From IMG/VR virus record IMGVR_UViG_3300042308_001616, positions 124,001 to 188,000 of that record: a DNA stretch of 64,000 bases; one strand, 5' to 3'. Below are positions 1 to 9,703 of the stretch, piece by piece. The notes beneath the pieces were generated by a model. The model worked only from the letters and a program-made list of their open reading frames with translations, was not told the DNA's origin and did not search any database. Position numbers and translations under genes: made by a program. The first letter of the stretch is position 1; every line of letters begins with the position of its first letter.

Positions 1-1
1 G

Positions 2-1285
2 CAAGGAACAACATCTGAAAGAATAAAGGACTTTTTTGAACAGAAATGTAAAACGGTAAAATCTTATGTTCTTGAGAAGACAGAGGTTGAAAAAATTGTA
101 GCAAACTTCGAGAGTATCGAAAAGGAAGGAAAAGGTTTGGTAATAAACGGAATTGATCCTATAATGCAGATATGTAGACTTTTCAACCGTGCATACAAGC
201 TCTATATGAGAGAGAAGATATCACAAAGACAGGGTGGTGAAATTGGTGCAACAATCGCAGGAAGATATACATCATATGGTGGTGATAAGAGTGGACCTTT
301 CAGAATAAACAAAGTTTTTAACCAATGGGAGGACGCAGTACTCAAAATTATGGGTGATAGAAAATATGAGTATATTTTTAGTAAAAATACCAAAATGAGG
401 TTTCCACTAGTACCAGATCCGAAAAATGAAGAAGATTGGGAGATTAGGAAAGGTGCTGGTCTAGCACTTAATAATTTTATGAATGAATTAATCGACGGTG
501 ATAGTCTTTATAAAACCAGTTCTACGGATAGAGGTGCTCAAGCAAAATTTATTGAAAAATATTTTGGTAAAGTTGGTGAAGCTGACTTAGAAAAGTCGGG
601 AGGTCTTACAATAGGTGATGATGGTGAAAGTAACACCAAAATTGCAACAGCGGTAGAAAATGGCTCGGTAAAGTTATCATTTACTAAGTTGAATGAGAAA
701 CCGAATTTCAAAGCCAATACATTTTTTGCCATAAAGTACAAAAACATAAAAGAAGGAAAAATAGAAGGTGACTCTAAATACTACTACGTATGGACTTTAA
801 CAGATGCAAAATCTATTGCATTTAGTGGAACATTCAAATATTTTGATGAATTGATACAATCTAGTCCATTAAGTGATCCAGAAAGTGAAATTGTTGATTC
901 CAGAAAGAAGGTAATAGACAAAGGAGCTCTACCGAAAATTACGAAGGACACAATTTATAGCAAAGTTGATGGTACTACAGACCATTGGCAGACAAATTAT
1001 GCTAGAACAACAAAGGATTTAGGAGATTTATTTCTAAGAGGTTCAAAATTGAATATAAAATATATCGACGGAAGAGACAAAAGGAAAACGTATGATAAGT
1101 CTATATTCGTGGAAGACATATATTCAATAAACACCGTTTCGGATAAACCAGAACAATTTGTACCTAAGATAACAACAGAATGGTTAAAGAAACAAAAAAT
1201 TGCATCATCCAGTGATAAAAGTCCATTCTCTAAAGATCCATCACAACATCTAACCGAAAGAAACACAGACATAACCAAAGTATGA
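2..1285 (+). CDS. Hypothetical protein, 5'-truncated by window edge
   Basis: Frame of ORF 137..1285 is open back to position 2 (QGTTSERIKDFFEQK...); overlaps next gene by ATGA. Confidence 0.75.
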   Translation, partial: QGTTSERIKDFFEQKCKTVKSYVLEKTEVEKIVANFESIEKEGKGLVINGIDPIMQICRLFNRAYKLYMREKISQRQGGEIGATIAGRYTSYGGDKSGPFRINKVFNQWEDAVLKIMGDRKYEYIFSKNTKMRFPLVPDPKNEEDWEIRKGAGLALNNFMNELIDGDSLYKTSSTDRGAQAKFIEKYFGKVGEADLEKSGGLTIGDDGESNTKIATAVENGSVKLSFTKLNEKPNFKANTFFAIKYKNIKEGKIEGDSKYYYVWTLTDAKSIAFSGTFKYFDELIQSSPLSDPESEIVDSRKKVIDKGALPKITKDTIYSKVDGTTDHWQTNYARTTKDLGDLFLRGSKLNIKYIDGRDKRKTYDKSIFVEDIYSINTVSDKPEQFVPKITTEWLKKQKIASSSDKSPFSKDPSQHLTERNTDITKV

Positions 1286-1845
1286 GAATAATAAGATATA
1301 GTGAGTTTAGTGAGAAGTTGAGTTTAAATTCTGCAGACTCCCCAGCACTCAAAATGGACAAACAATCCATAAATAAAACCGAAGAACATATCAAGGATTA
1401 CGATTCTAAAAAAAACACTATCACTTCGTTATATACACAGATTGGGAAAGATAATAAGTTTCTTTATAGTGATGAGATGATTAAAGATAAAGTTGAAGAG
1501 ATAATGGGTGCAGAAGATGATGAAAATAGAAATCCATATCTACAGAAGCTAATAACGGTATTGGATCTGGAGAGAAAACTTGTCGGTGATACAAAGTCTC
1601 AAAGTGACGACAAACTTGCTTCGGAAAATTTAAGACAAGAACTATCCAATGAAAAGGATGATGCTAGAAAAGGAGAGATTCAGAAAAAAATGGATGACTT
1701 AAATAAACGACTCAGTGAGTATGACATCACAAATCTAACAAAACAGGTAGAAGAGTCGAGGAAAAAATTCTTCGACGATATGAATAAGTTAACACAAGAT
1801 TACAAAACGGCCGTAAATAAGATAAAGACGACCAAACAAAAATAG
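1282..1845 (+). CDS. Coiled-coil protein with capsid-targeting-like leader (MRIIRYSEFSE); possible head core/scaffold-type protein
   Basis: Heptad-rich charged sequence; leader motif; directly upstream of tail sheath. Confidence 0.6.
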   Translation: MRIIRYSEFSEKLSLNSADSPALKMDKQSINKTEEHIKDYDSKKNTITSLYTQIGKDNKFLYSDEMIKDKVEEIMGAEDDENRNPYLQKLITVLDLERKLVGDTKSQSDDKLASENLRQELSNEKDDARKGEIQKKMDDLNKRLSEYDITNLTKQVEESRKKFFDDMNKLTQDYKTAVNKIKTTKQK

Positions 1846-1867
1846 AAAAAAATTGGTTTTTTTATTT

Positions 1868-1875
1868 TATATATA
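1868..1875 (+). promoter_or_regulatory. WATATATA box (putative late promoter) upstream of tail sheath
   Basis: TATATATA; the same motif recurs upstream of more than 20 mostly virion or leader-bearing genes. Confidence 0.6.
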
Positions 1876-1903
1876 CCAATAGAAAAAAAACAAAGACAAA
1901 AAC

Positions 1904-4900
1904 ATGGCAATTCAAATTGGAAAATACAAGAGGCCGGGAATATTCCTCGAGGAATACGACAACTCGGTCATCGCCACTCCGATTGTCGAGGGTATAACTA
2001 ACCTTGTTATTGGTGTCTCTAAAAAGGGACCTATTAACACACCGGTAAGGTTGACCACCGTCAGTGACTTAGAGTCCATATTCGGACAACTCGACAGGGG
2101 TCTCGAAAGAAAAGGTTCATACTTCCACAGAACCGTGTCCAAAATGCTCGAGAGCTCACCGGTATTCGCGATGAACTTGCTCTTGACAGATGACACATTA
2201 GACACTATAGAATACAAATCAGTATCTACGTCCTCTGATAAGGCCAATGATATGGAAAGACTCGGTGCATACAGAAGGTTTCACGACACAACTGGTTTCT
2301 GGAAAAGAGATACTGAATCGTTTCTAAACCTAACTAAAACGAACACAGGGTATAGTGATAGAGTTCTTAACTTCACCAACTTATCTGATAGATATGCAAC
2401 GGTGTTTGTTTTCAATTCAAAAGTATCTGGTTTTGACAGAACATTGATTGAGTGGTATGGTTCTATAGAAAAAGTTCCGGCATACGTCAACTCAACAGAT
2501 TGGGCATCAGACTATATGGTGGATGTAGTAATCATTGCGGGAGACTGGTCAGATTATAGAACACTATCAGTAGATCCTAGATGGAGTGCATATTTCAATG
2601 CAAATGGTCTTAGAAAAGAACAAATTAGAAACTTCGCAAACGATAGAAACGTAAGTGCACTTGCGTATTACGAAGGACTTTCTTTGATACCTTACTTTAG
2701 AGATGCCAACGGAAGAAATATCTTCATCGAGACTACAATCAATAGAGATACAGACAAAACAGGAATCTTCTGTGCATTCAATAATGATTTAGTAGAAGCG
2801 GACTTTTATAATGGTAAAATTGATATAATTGGCCAAACTATAGTTGGTAACAATAAAGAATCTATTGAATTCCTTTCTTATCAAGACACAATTACGGAAC
2901 AAGTTGATTTTACAACAACACCACTTGACTTACCAGGAAACGTAACTGCCTTAATTGGCCCTATTCAAGCAGTGGGTGATGCATTTGGAAGTCATGCATT
3001 CGAAAAAAGTAATAATCCTAGAACATCTGGAGTTCTTCAAAGTTATGATAGAACCGCTTATTATGCAGAAGATTTCGTAAGAAATGTATCACTTTCTGCA
3101 AGTGCATCTAGGGTAGATGTTAATACAGTATCCGTAACTTACAAAGTTCACACAGATGGTGGTTATGCTGTTATTGGTGACAACCTTGTAGAATTGGCAG
3201 GACCTATGGCACACACATTATCCATAAGTTCTTTCAATTTTGCTACTAGTTCAACTGCATTAGTATACAAATCTGCATTCGTTCTTGATTCAACAGGTAA
3301 TTTTAAAGTTGTTACAGGTGACGTTCCTAACACTCAACCTACCGTAGAGTCTAGTGATATAGTTCTGGGTCACACATCTTACACCGTTCAATCACAACAA
3401 TTTCAAACAACGGTTACACAAACCAACGTTTATATAGATCCAGAAAACACAGGAGTTACTGCATATAGACACTTAATATTAGGTACAGATTATACGGTTA
3501 ATTTATTACCATCTCAAATACCAGGTTCAAGTCAAACACGAACGGGTGCTATTGAAATAACATTCTTAGGTACAAACAAAACTCCGGATTTATCGGATTA
3601 TGTAACTTATAGAAGGTTTAAAGCATTCAACAGGTTAGTAGATTTATTAGATAGTCCTAATAGAGAAAAAATGACAATGTTAATCGATATTACTTCTATG
3701 AAGAAAGCATCTATGGCTAATATGGAGGTAGTAGATATAGTAACATCTACAACACAGAATAAATCTTTTACCATCGTTACAGGATTAAATCCATCCGAAA
3801 TTACAGATGTTATAAACGGGCGTTTAGTTTTCTATACAAAAGATAACGAATTAATATTAGGTGAAGAATCGATTGTTTCTAAAGATACAACAGTAGATAC
3901 TAACTGGAGAGAAGGAGTTGTTGGTAAATATTCAAATCTATATTCTAAATTCTACGATGGTCAAATATCTACAGGAGACGTCATATACAATAACAGAATA
4001 AAATATGTAGGTACAGAAACATCTGTGGCAACATATTCAGTTTATTTTGTTCCAGGTGAGACATTGTCTGCAGTATCAGGATTCCTAACAGGACCAACTA
4101 CAGATTATGCAGGAAATGACTATATCGTATTGATGGGTGGTGCTGCGGATCCACAATTTCAACTAAACGACATAATAAAAGTAAAAGGTGCAGTTAATAA
4201 CACAGGAAACTTTACAATAGTTTCAGGAAAACTTAACTCTACAACATTTGGTGCAGGTTCTGGTTTCGTTTATCAAGTAAATGAAAATACAACATATGAG
4301 TACGTACCGGTAACTAGTCAAATAAATGATATGAACTCCGGAAGTGAGCACTACCTAAAAATGTACTTAGATGGTGAAAAAATAACTATCAACTTTGTAG
4401 ATGCAGCAGGTGCAACTTCTTCATTACTAAACTGGGACGGTAGTACATCAGGCGCAGGTGTTCAAGCATCAACAAACTTCACTATCAACTCAATGGATAC
4501 AAACTTCAAACAATCTATCGAGATTGAAGTTCCATCTGGTTACACAGAAGTTGATAATAAAATATTAGTAAATGCACAAAGATACCCAGAGGTTATGAAG
4601 GGTGACTTCTTAGAGGCAGAATATGACGAGTCAACACTCGAAATAGGACAAGTTGCTAGAAAGATGACAAGAATACTCGACAAAAAACAATACTCTAAAG
4701 ATGTATCACTTATGGAAATAACATGTGATAGTAAAATCAAAAAAGTATACTCTGGTTCTGCATACCAAACTATTAGATACAAAAAAGTTGAGAATTATAT
4801 AGAAACCTACAAAGCAATATCACTAAAAGGTTTCAGAGTAAGACAAGCTTCACTTCCTGATGGAACAGAAACTAAACAAAACCAAATACTCAACCTTGTT

Positions 4901-5848
4901 GCAAAAGGAACTACATTGTTCAAAGCACTTACAAACAAAGAAGCGATTGATTTCAGATACTTGATTGACTCTTTCGGAAATGGTCTTACAGAGAATTCTA
5001 AACAACAACTTGCAGACATCTGTGGTGATAGACTTGACGCATTTGGATTCTTAAATATGCCATCAATGAGAGCATTCAAAAACTCTAGTTCTCCATCATT
5101 TGTGAACTCGGAAGGTGTTCTTCAAGCAGAATACATTGCAAAAGGAGCAGATCCTGAAAGTGGGCCAGCATTCTACTATACTTTCGCACAAGGAGAAGGA
5201 ACAACATGTGTTGGATACTTCTTACCATATCTTAGTGTGAATGATAACGGAAGACCTATGGATTTTCCACCTGCATCTTTCGTGGCTGCGACATATATGA
5301 GAAAACACATCAGTAACTTAGGTGGATTAACACCTTGGACAATCGCGGCGGGTGTAATAAACGGAAGAATTACAGGAATAAATGGTATAGAAATGGACTT
5401 CACACCAAGTGATATCGAATTTTTGAACCAAGCTCAGATGAACCCTATTGTTTTCAAAAGAAATAGAGGAAACGTTATCGAGACAGAGAACACAGCACAA
5501 ACTCTTTACAAATCTGCACTTTCTTACATACACGTTAGAGAGGTATTGATTGAACTTGAAAGAGAATTATCAAGAATGTTGTTAGACTTCCAATGGCAGT
5601 TCAACACTTCTGAAATCAGATCTGAAATTAAAATGAGGGCTGATATGATTTGTGAAACATTCGTAAGTAGAAACGGTCTATATAACTATTTCAACAAAAT
5701 GGACGAAGAGAACAACACCGCAGAGATTATCGATAATCAAATTGGTGTACTTGACACATACGTAGAACCAATAAAAGGTATGGGAATAATCGTGAATAAC
5801 GTAACCATATTAAGAACTGGTGCTATCGATTCAGGTGGATTCATATAA
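1904..5848 (+). CDS. Contractile tail sheath protein (T4 gp18-like) with large central insertion
   Basis: N-term 'RPGIFLEEYDNS...GVSKKGPINTP'; C-term sheath domain 'PPASFVA...PWTIAAG...LNQAQMNPI...SALSYIHVR...DEENNT.EIIDN...YVEP'. Confidence 0.93.
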   Translation: MAIQIGKYKRPGIFLEEYDNSVIATPIVEGITNLVIGVSKKGPINTPVRLTTVSDLESIFGQLDRGLERKGSYFHRTVSKMLESSPVFAMNLLLTDDTLDTIEYKSVSTSSDKANDMERLGAYRRFHDTTGFWKRDTESFLNLTKTNTGYSDRVLNFTNLSDRYATVFVFNSKVSGFDRTLIEWYGSIEKVPAYVNSTDWASDYMVDVVIIAGDWSDYRTLSVDPRWSAYFNANGLRKEQIRNFANDRNVSALAYYEGLSLIPYFRDANGRNIFIETTINRDTDKTGIFCAFNNDLVEADFYNGKIDIIGQTIVGNNKESIEFLSYQDTITEQVDFTTTPLDLPGNVTALIGPIQAVGDAFGSHAFEKSNNPRTSGVLQSYDRTAYYAEDFVRNVSLSASASRVDVNTVSVTYKVHTDGGYAVIGDNLVELAGPMAHTLSISSFNFATSSTALVYKSAFVLDSTGNFKVVTGDVPNTQPTVESSDIVLGHTSYTVQSQQFQTTVTQTNVYIDPENTGVTAYRHLILGTDYTVNLLPSQIPGSSQTRTGAIEITFLGTNKTPDLSDYVTYRRFKAFNRLVDLLDSPNREKMTMLIDITSMKKASMANMEVVDIVTSTTQNKSFTIVTGLNPSEITDVINGRLVFYTKDNELILGEESIVSKDTTVDTNWREGVVGKYSNLYSKFYDGQISTGDVIYNNRIKYVGTETSVATYSVYFVPGETLSAVSGFLTGPTTDYAGNDYIVLMGGAADPQFQLNDIIKVKGAVNNTGNFTIVSGKLNSTTFGAGSGFVYQVNENTTYEYVPVTSQINDMNSGSEHYLKMYLDGEKITINFVDAAGATSSLLNWDGSTSGAGVQASTNFTINSMDTNFKQSIEIEVPSGYTEVDNKILVNAQRYPEVMKGDFLEAEYDESTLEIGQVARKMTRILDKKQYSKDVSLMEITCDSKIKKVYSGSAYQTIRYKKVENYIETYKAISLKGFRVRQASLPDGTETKQNQILNLVAKGTTLFKALTNKEAIDFRYLIDSFGNGLTENSKQQLADICGDRLDAFGFLNMPSMRAFKNSSSPSFVNSEGVLQAEYIAKGADPESGPAFYYTFAQGEGTTCVGYFLPYLSVNDNGRPMDFPPASFVAATYMRKHISNLGGLTPWTIAAGVINGRITGINGIEMDFTPSDIEFLNQAQMNPIVFKRNRGNVIETENTAQTLYKSALSYIHVREVLIELERELSRMLLDFQWQFNTSEIRSEIKMRADMICETFVSRNGLYNYFNKMDEENNTAEIIDNQIGVLDTYVEPIKGMGIIVNNVTILRTGAIDSGGFI

Positions 5849-5862
5849 AATATAATAAAAAT

Positions 5863-5893
5863 AAAAACCCTCGAAATTATCGAGGGTTTTTTT
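5863..5893. terminator. Bidirectional intrinsic terminator
   Basis: AAAAACCCTCGA-aatta-TCGAGGGTTTTT between convergent genes. Confidence 0.85.
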
Positions 5894-5913
5894 ATTTAAT
5901 AAAAACGATAAGA

Positions 5914-6372
5914 CTAAGAAATTCTGATTGTTCTGTAGTTAGAGTTATTGCTTTTAGGAACAATAATAGTCAAAATTCCGTTATTGTATTTAGCATTAGC
6001 TTCGTTAGTATCTGCATTAGAAGGAAGTGTAAACTCTCTTGTAAATGAAGAATAGTTGAACTCTCTGTAAGAGTAGTTACTAGGTCTCTCAGACTTAGGA
6101 GTATTAGCTTTCAAAGTCAATGTGTTGTTGTTGTATGCAACCTCAAAAGACTCAGTAGTGTAACCAGGTGCAGCAAGTTCGAAAACATAAGAATCTGTGT
6201 TCTCATAAGCATTAAGTGTTGGTGTTGTGTTAGCGTGGTTTGCCCAAGTAGTAATCGCTGTGTTGTAAGGAGCGTTAGTAAATGGTGCAACGTTCCATGC
6301 TGTGAACGGGTTGCTTGTCAAGTTAGACCAATTAGTCTCAGGTGTGTTCCAAGGGTTGTTTCTGTTTGTCAT
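5914..6372 (-). CDS. Small heat-shock protein (Hsp20/alpha-crystallin)
   Basis: 'LNAYEN.DSYVFELAAPGY...YREFNYSSFTREFTLP...AKYNNGILTIIVPK'. Confidence 0.92.
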   Translation of the reverse strand: MTNRNNPWNTPETNWSNLTSNPFTAWNVAPFTNAPYNTAITTWANHANTTPTLNAYENTDSYVFELAAPGYTTESFEVAYNNNTLTLKANTPKSERPSNYSYREFNYSSFTREFTLPSNADTNEANAKYNNGILTIIVPKSNNSNYRTIRIS

Positions 6373-6458
6373 TTGTTTTTATTTTATTTTTATGTTATAT
6401 ACAGAATAATAAATAAAGTTTAAACCACAATAAAAAATTCAGGAGAGAGAGGCAAACG

Positions 6459-6466
6459 AATATATA
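6459..6466 (+). promoter_or_regulatory. WATATATA box (putative late promoter)
   Basis: AATATATA 19 nt upstream of ATG 6486. Confidence 0.55.
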
Positions 6467-6485
6467 ACCAAAAACAACATATAAT

Positions 6486-7454
6486 ATGTCTGATAACAAC
6501 ATGAGCGAGGAAGACTACCTCAGAATACATTTGGAGGACCTCGAAAGGAACAAAAGGACACCGGAACAACCGGAACCAACAAATCACATATCAAGTGACA
6601 TACCTTTTAACACAAACACTGGTAACTCAGAAAACACAAAGGTAAGTGACCTTCAATACTTCCATTTTGACATCAAAGAACTACCATGTGGTCAATTCTA
6701 TCCACAAGGAACTGTACTTATGATTAGACCTGCACAGGTTAGGGAAATACAAGCATATTCGATGGTAGATGATAATAACTTCTATGATATAGTAGAGAAA
6801 ATGAATGATATGCTACAATCGTGTGTTAGAGTAAAATATGTAGATGGTAAGATAGGCTCTTTTTTAGATATAAAGGATCAGGATAGATTATTCATTATCT
6901 TCGCAATAAGAGAACTTACATTCCAACAAGGAAACTCACTAAGTGTAAATACTAAATGTGGATCTTGTGGAATAGAGGAAACGGTAGAATTGAAAAGAAG
7001 TAACTTTGCATTCCACGAGATTGACGAAAAACTAGCAAAGTTTTATAACAAAAACGCAGGATGTTACCAATTCAAAACCATCAACGGTAAAACATTTGAA
7101 CTAACACCACCAAACATCGGTTTACAAAAAGCATTTACTGACTACATCATAAAAGAAAACAACGACAAAAGGAGTCCGAATTTGGCATTCCTTAAGATAA
7201 TACCTTTTATGTTAGGTGGAAGATCTAGTATAACATACGAAGGAATAAAGGCAAAACTAAGAGAATTTGAAGAGATAGATGGAACTTCTTTTCAGTTCTT
7301 AAATAGTGCAGTAGGGAAAATGACTTTTGGTATAAAAGAGTTAAGTAAAACGTGTCAGTGTGGTGAGGAGATCCGCACTGAAATGCAATTTCCCAACGGA
7401 GCCTCAGGTATTTTCGTTATTCATGATGCCTTTGAAGCATATATTAAAGAATAA
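6486..7454 (+). CDS. Baseplate hub / tail assembly chaperone (T4 gp26-like)
   Basis: 'ELPCGQFYP...IRPAQVREI...DRLFIIFAIRELT...KCGSCG' pattern, second Cys pair near C-term; lies between sheath and tube. Confidence 0.6.
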   Translation: MSDNNMSEEDYLRIHLEDLERNKRTPEQPEPTNHISSDIPFNTNTGNSENTKVSDLQYFHFDIKELPCGQFYPQGTVLMIRPAQVREIQAYSMVDDNNFYDIVEKMNDMLQSCVRVKYVDGKIGSFLDIKDQDRLFIIFAIRELTFQQGNSLSVNTKCGSCGIEETVELKRSNFAFHEIDEKLAKFYNKNAGCYQFKTINGKTFELTPPNIGLQKAFTDYIIKENNDKRSPNLAFLKIIPFMLGGRSSITYEGIKAKLREFEEIDGTSFQFLNSAVGKMTFGIKELSKTCQCGEEIRTEMQFPNGASGIFVIHDAFEAYIKE

Positions 7455-7671
7455 ACTACTTTTACAAAAACACTTCAATACACAGGAGGATTCTATGGAT
7501 AGATGGCCGTTCTGGATGCTTGAAGAGAATATAAAAATAGTGAACGAAATAGTAGAAGAAGAGGAAAAACAAAGAAAGCAAGAAGAAGAAGGACAAAGTG
7601 CAAGTATGCCAGATACAAATGCAATGATGAGAAATGCATCGAATATGACGGCAAATATGCCAAAAATATAA
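7423..7671 (+). CDS. Small baseplate/tail assembly protein (T4 gp51-like)
   Basis: 'LLLQKHF...SMDRWPFWMLEENIKIVNE' resembles gp51-type 'L..H......E.M.PWE...Y' pattern; follows gp26-like gene. Confidence 0.55.
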   Translation: MMPLKHILKNKLLLQKHFNTQEDSMDRWPFWMLEENIKIVNEIVEEEEKQRKQEEEGQSASMPDTNAMMRNASNMTANMPKI

Positions 7672-7672
7672 T

Positions 7673-7703
7673 AAAAACCCACTCAAATTTGAGTGGGTTT
7701 TTT
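7673..7703. terminator. Bidirectional intrinsic terminator
   Basis: Perfect inverted repeat AAAAACCCACTCAAA/TTTGAGTGGGTTTTT between convergent genes. Confidence 0.85.
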
Positions 7704-7750
7704 AGTACAAAAAAAAGAGACATTTGCCTCTTTTTCTATATTGTTTATTA

Positions 7751-8392
7751 TTAGTATCCACTGACCATAGGTCCAGATATACCAAATCCGTTGTCAATAT
7801 ACTCATCTACGAAGTAGTCGTATAAGAAAGTAGCATCAACGTTATTCACGATATCATTTGAAGCCCAGTCTAGTGCCCACCCTGTAAGTTTAGACATTTG
7901 ACAGTTCATAAATGTAACTCTTCTCAATACAACACCTTTCTTATCGTGTTGGTTAACAATTATAGTTCCAACCATATCACTTTTATAGTGTAAAGTACCA
8001 TTTTGTGAGTTGAATAAAAGGTCATACCATGCCTTAAGAGTCGTCCATGTAGTCATCTGACCCGCATTGTTAACGTTAACCTGGAAAGGTATGGTAATCT
8101 CACCACTGGTTTTACTCGGTGTTGTTTGAAATTGTCTCGTTGAATACTTGAATCTTTGTTCTTTGGCAGCAACCTCGAAAGATGTTAGGTTAGATAAATC
8201 TATCTTAGTCGCATTCTCGAGAAGCAACAATTTGTTTGCTCCTGTATCGTAGGGTGTTCCTGCAAAAATAGTAGGAAGTACAAACGTAATCTCGAATAAG
8301 TTTGTGTAAACAACTTCATCCGTCGTAGTTGGTGAACCTGGTCCACCAGGTGAACCAACATTCGATAATTGGGTATAATGCGGTAATGGCAT
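7751..8392 (-). CDS. Tail tube protein (T4 gp19-like)
   Basis: 'NLFEITF...LKAWYDLLFNSQNG...YKSDMVGTIIVNQHDKKG..LRRVTF.NC...LDWAS...F.YDYF'. Confidence 0.82.
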   Translation of the reverse strand: MPLPHYTQLSNVGSPGGPGSPTTTDEVVYTNLFEITFVLPTIFAGTPYDTGANKLLLLENATKIDLSNLTSFEVAAKEQRFKYSTRQFQTTPSKTSGEITIPFQVNVNNAGQMTTWTTLKAWYDLLFNSQNGTLHYKSDMVGTIIVNQHDKKGVVLRRVTFMNCQMSKLTGWALDWASNDIVNNVDATFLYDYFVDEYIDNGFGISGPMVSGY

Positions 8393-8434
8393 ATTCTTTT
8401 CTTATTTTTTTGTAATCGCCTAACAATTATATTC

Positions 8435-8493
8435 TATATATTAAGTATAAAATTTCTTCTGTTTTCCTAGTCTCTTACCTAATTGTATATATT
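8435..8493 (-). promoter_or_regulatory. Tandem TTAATATATA boxes upstream of tail tube
   Basis: Minus-strand AATATATA at 8435-8442 and 8486-8493. Confidence 0.55.
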
Positions 8494-8575
8494 AAGTCCA
8501 AAAAACGTTTTTCTGTCATTTAGTTGAACTAAGAACACACAAACACCTATAAAATAAAAAAATGGTCAAAATTAT

Positions 8576-9700
8576 ATGAAAGTTTATATGATAACCGATA
8601 CACATTTCGGAATTTACCTAAACAACTTAGACAAATGGCAAAATATGATGGAGTCAACATTCTACGACTTTGTTATACCGTATCTCAAAGAAAATGTAGA
8701 AGAGGGAGACATATTGATACACCTTGGTGACTTATTCGATAACAGGACAAGTATACCCATAATAACATTAAATAAAGTAGAGAAAATTCTAAAAGAAATA
8801 AGTGAAATACTACCAATACATATAATGGTTGGAAATCACGATTTATTCAATAAGGGATCAAATGATATAAACTCAGTAAGACTCTTTTCTTACATATCAA
8901 AAAGCATTAGTGTTTATGAAAACACAACAACGTTAAATATAGACAACCAAAAGTTGGTACTAATGCCGTGGATTGAGAAGAGATTAGATATGGTAAAATC
9001 ATTAAAAGAAAATCCAGGTGATTACTTATTTTGTCACTCCGATCTAAATGGGTGCAAAATGCACCTAAACTCTGTTGCACATAGAAATCCAGATAAAATT
9101 GAGGTAGAGCAATTCAAAGGCTACAAAAAAGCATTCTCTGGTCACATACACATCAGACAAACTAGTGAAAACTTCGAATTCATCGGATCACTTTACCAGA
9201 TGGATAGGAATGACTCAGGAGACCAAAAGGGAATAACCGTATTAGACCTATCTACGGGAAAAACACACTTTGAACCGAATAAATATTCACCAGTTTTTCG
9301 TAAATTCAGGGTAGTAGACGAACAATCTATAGATGATTTGGATGGACTAAAAAATACCAAAGATTACATCGACCTCGCTATATCTAACAACCTTCTCGTA
9401 AGTAACAGAAAACTTCGAAGAAAATTGGAAGCAATGCTCGAAAAAGGTAACTTTGCATCAGTTGAATACATCGACGATATAGTAAAAACCGACGAAAACG
9501 GAGAAGTTATCAACGAGCAGGTAATAGATAACAACTCTACAGGAATAGACATATCTATACAATTAGACTACGAGGTATACATAAGAGAGTATATTGAAAA
9601 ACTTACATACGATAACGAAAAATACAAAAACGGAATAGCAGGAGAGTTCGACGAAGTTATAAAAATATACAACGAGAACTATAAACCGAAAAACGACTAA
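8576..9700 (+). CDS. Mre11/SbcD-like recombination nuclease (T4 gp47-like)
   Basis: Metallophosphoesterase motifs DTHFG, GDLFD, GNHD, SGHIH, GSLYQ. Confidence 0.9.
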   Translation: MKVYMITDTHFGIYLNNLDKWQNMMESTFYDFVIPYLKENVEEGDILIHLGDLFDNRTSIPIITLNKVEKILKEISEILPIHIMVGNHDLFNKGSNDINSVRLFSYISKSISVYENTTTLNIDNQKLVLMPWIEKRLDMVKSLKENPGDYLFCHSDLNGCKMHLNSVAHRNPDKIEVEQFKGYKKAFSGHIHIRQTSENFEFIGSLYQMDRNDSGDQKGITVLDLSTGKTHFEPNKYSPVFRKFRVVDEQSIDDLDGLKNTKDYIDLAISNNLLVSNRKLRRKLEAMLEKGNFASVEYIDDIVKTDENGEVINEQVIDNNSTGIDISIQLDYEVYIREYIEKLTYDNEKYKNGIAGEFDEVIKIYNENYKPKND

Positions 9701-9703
9701 TTT

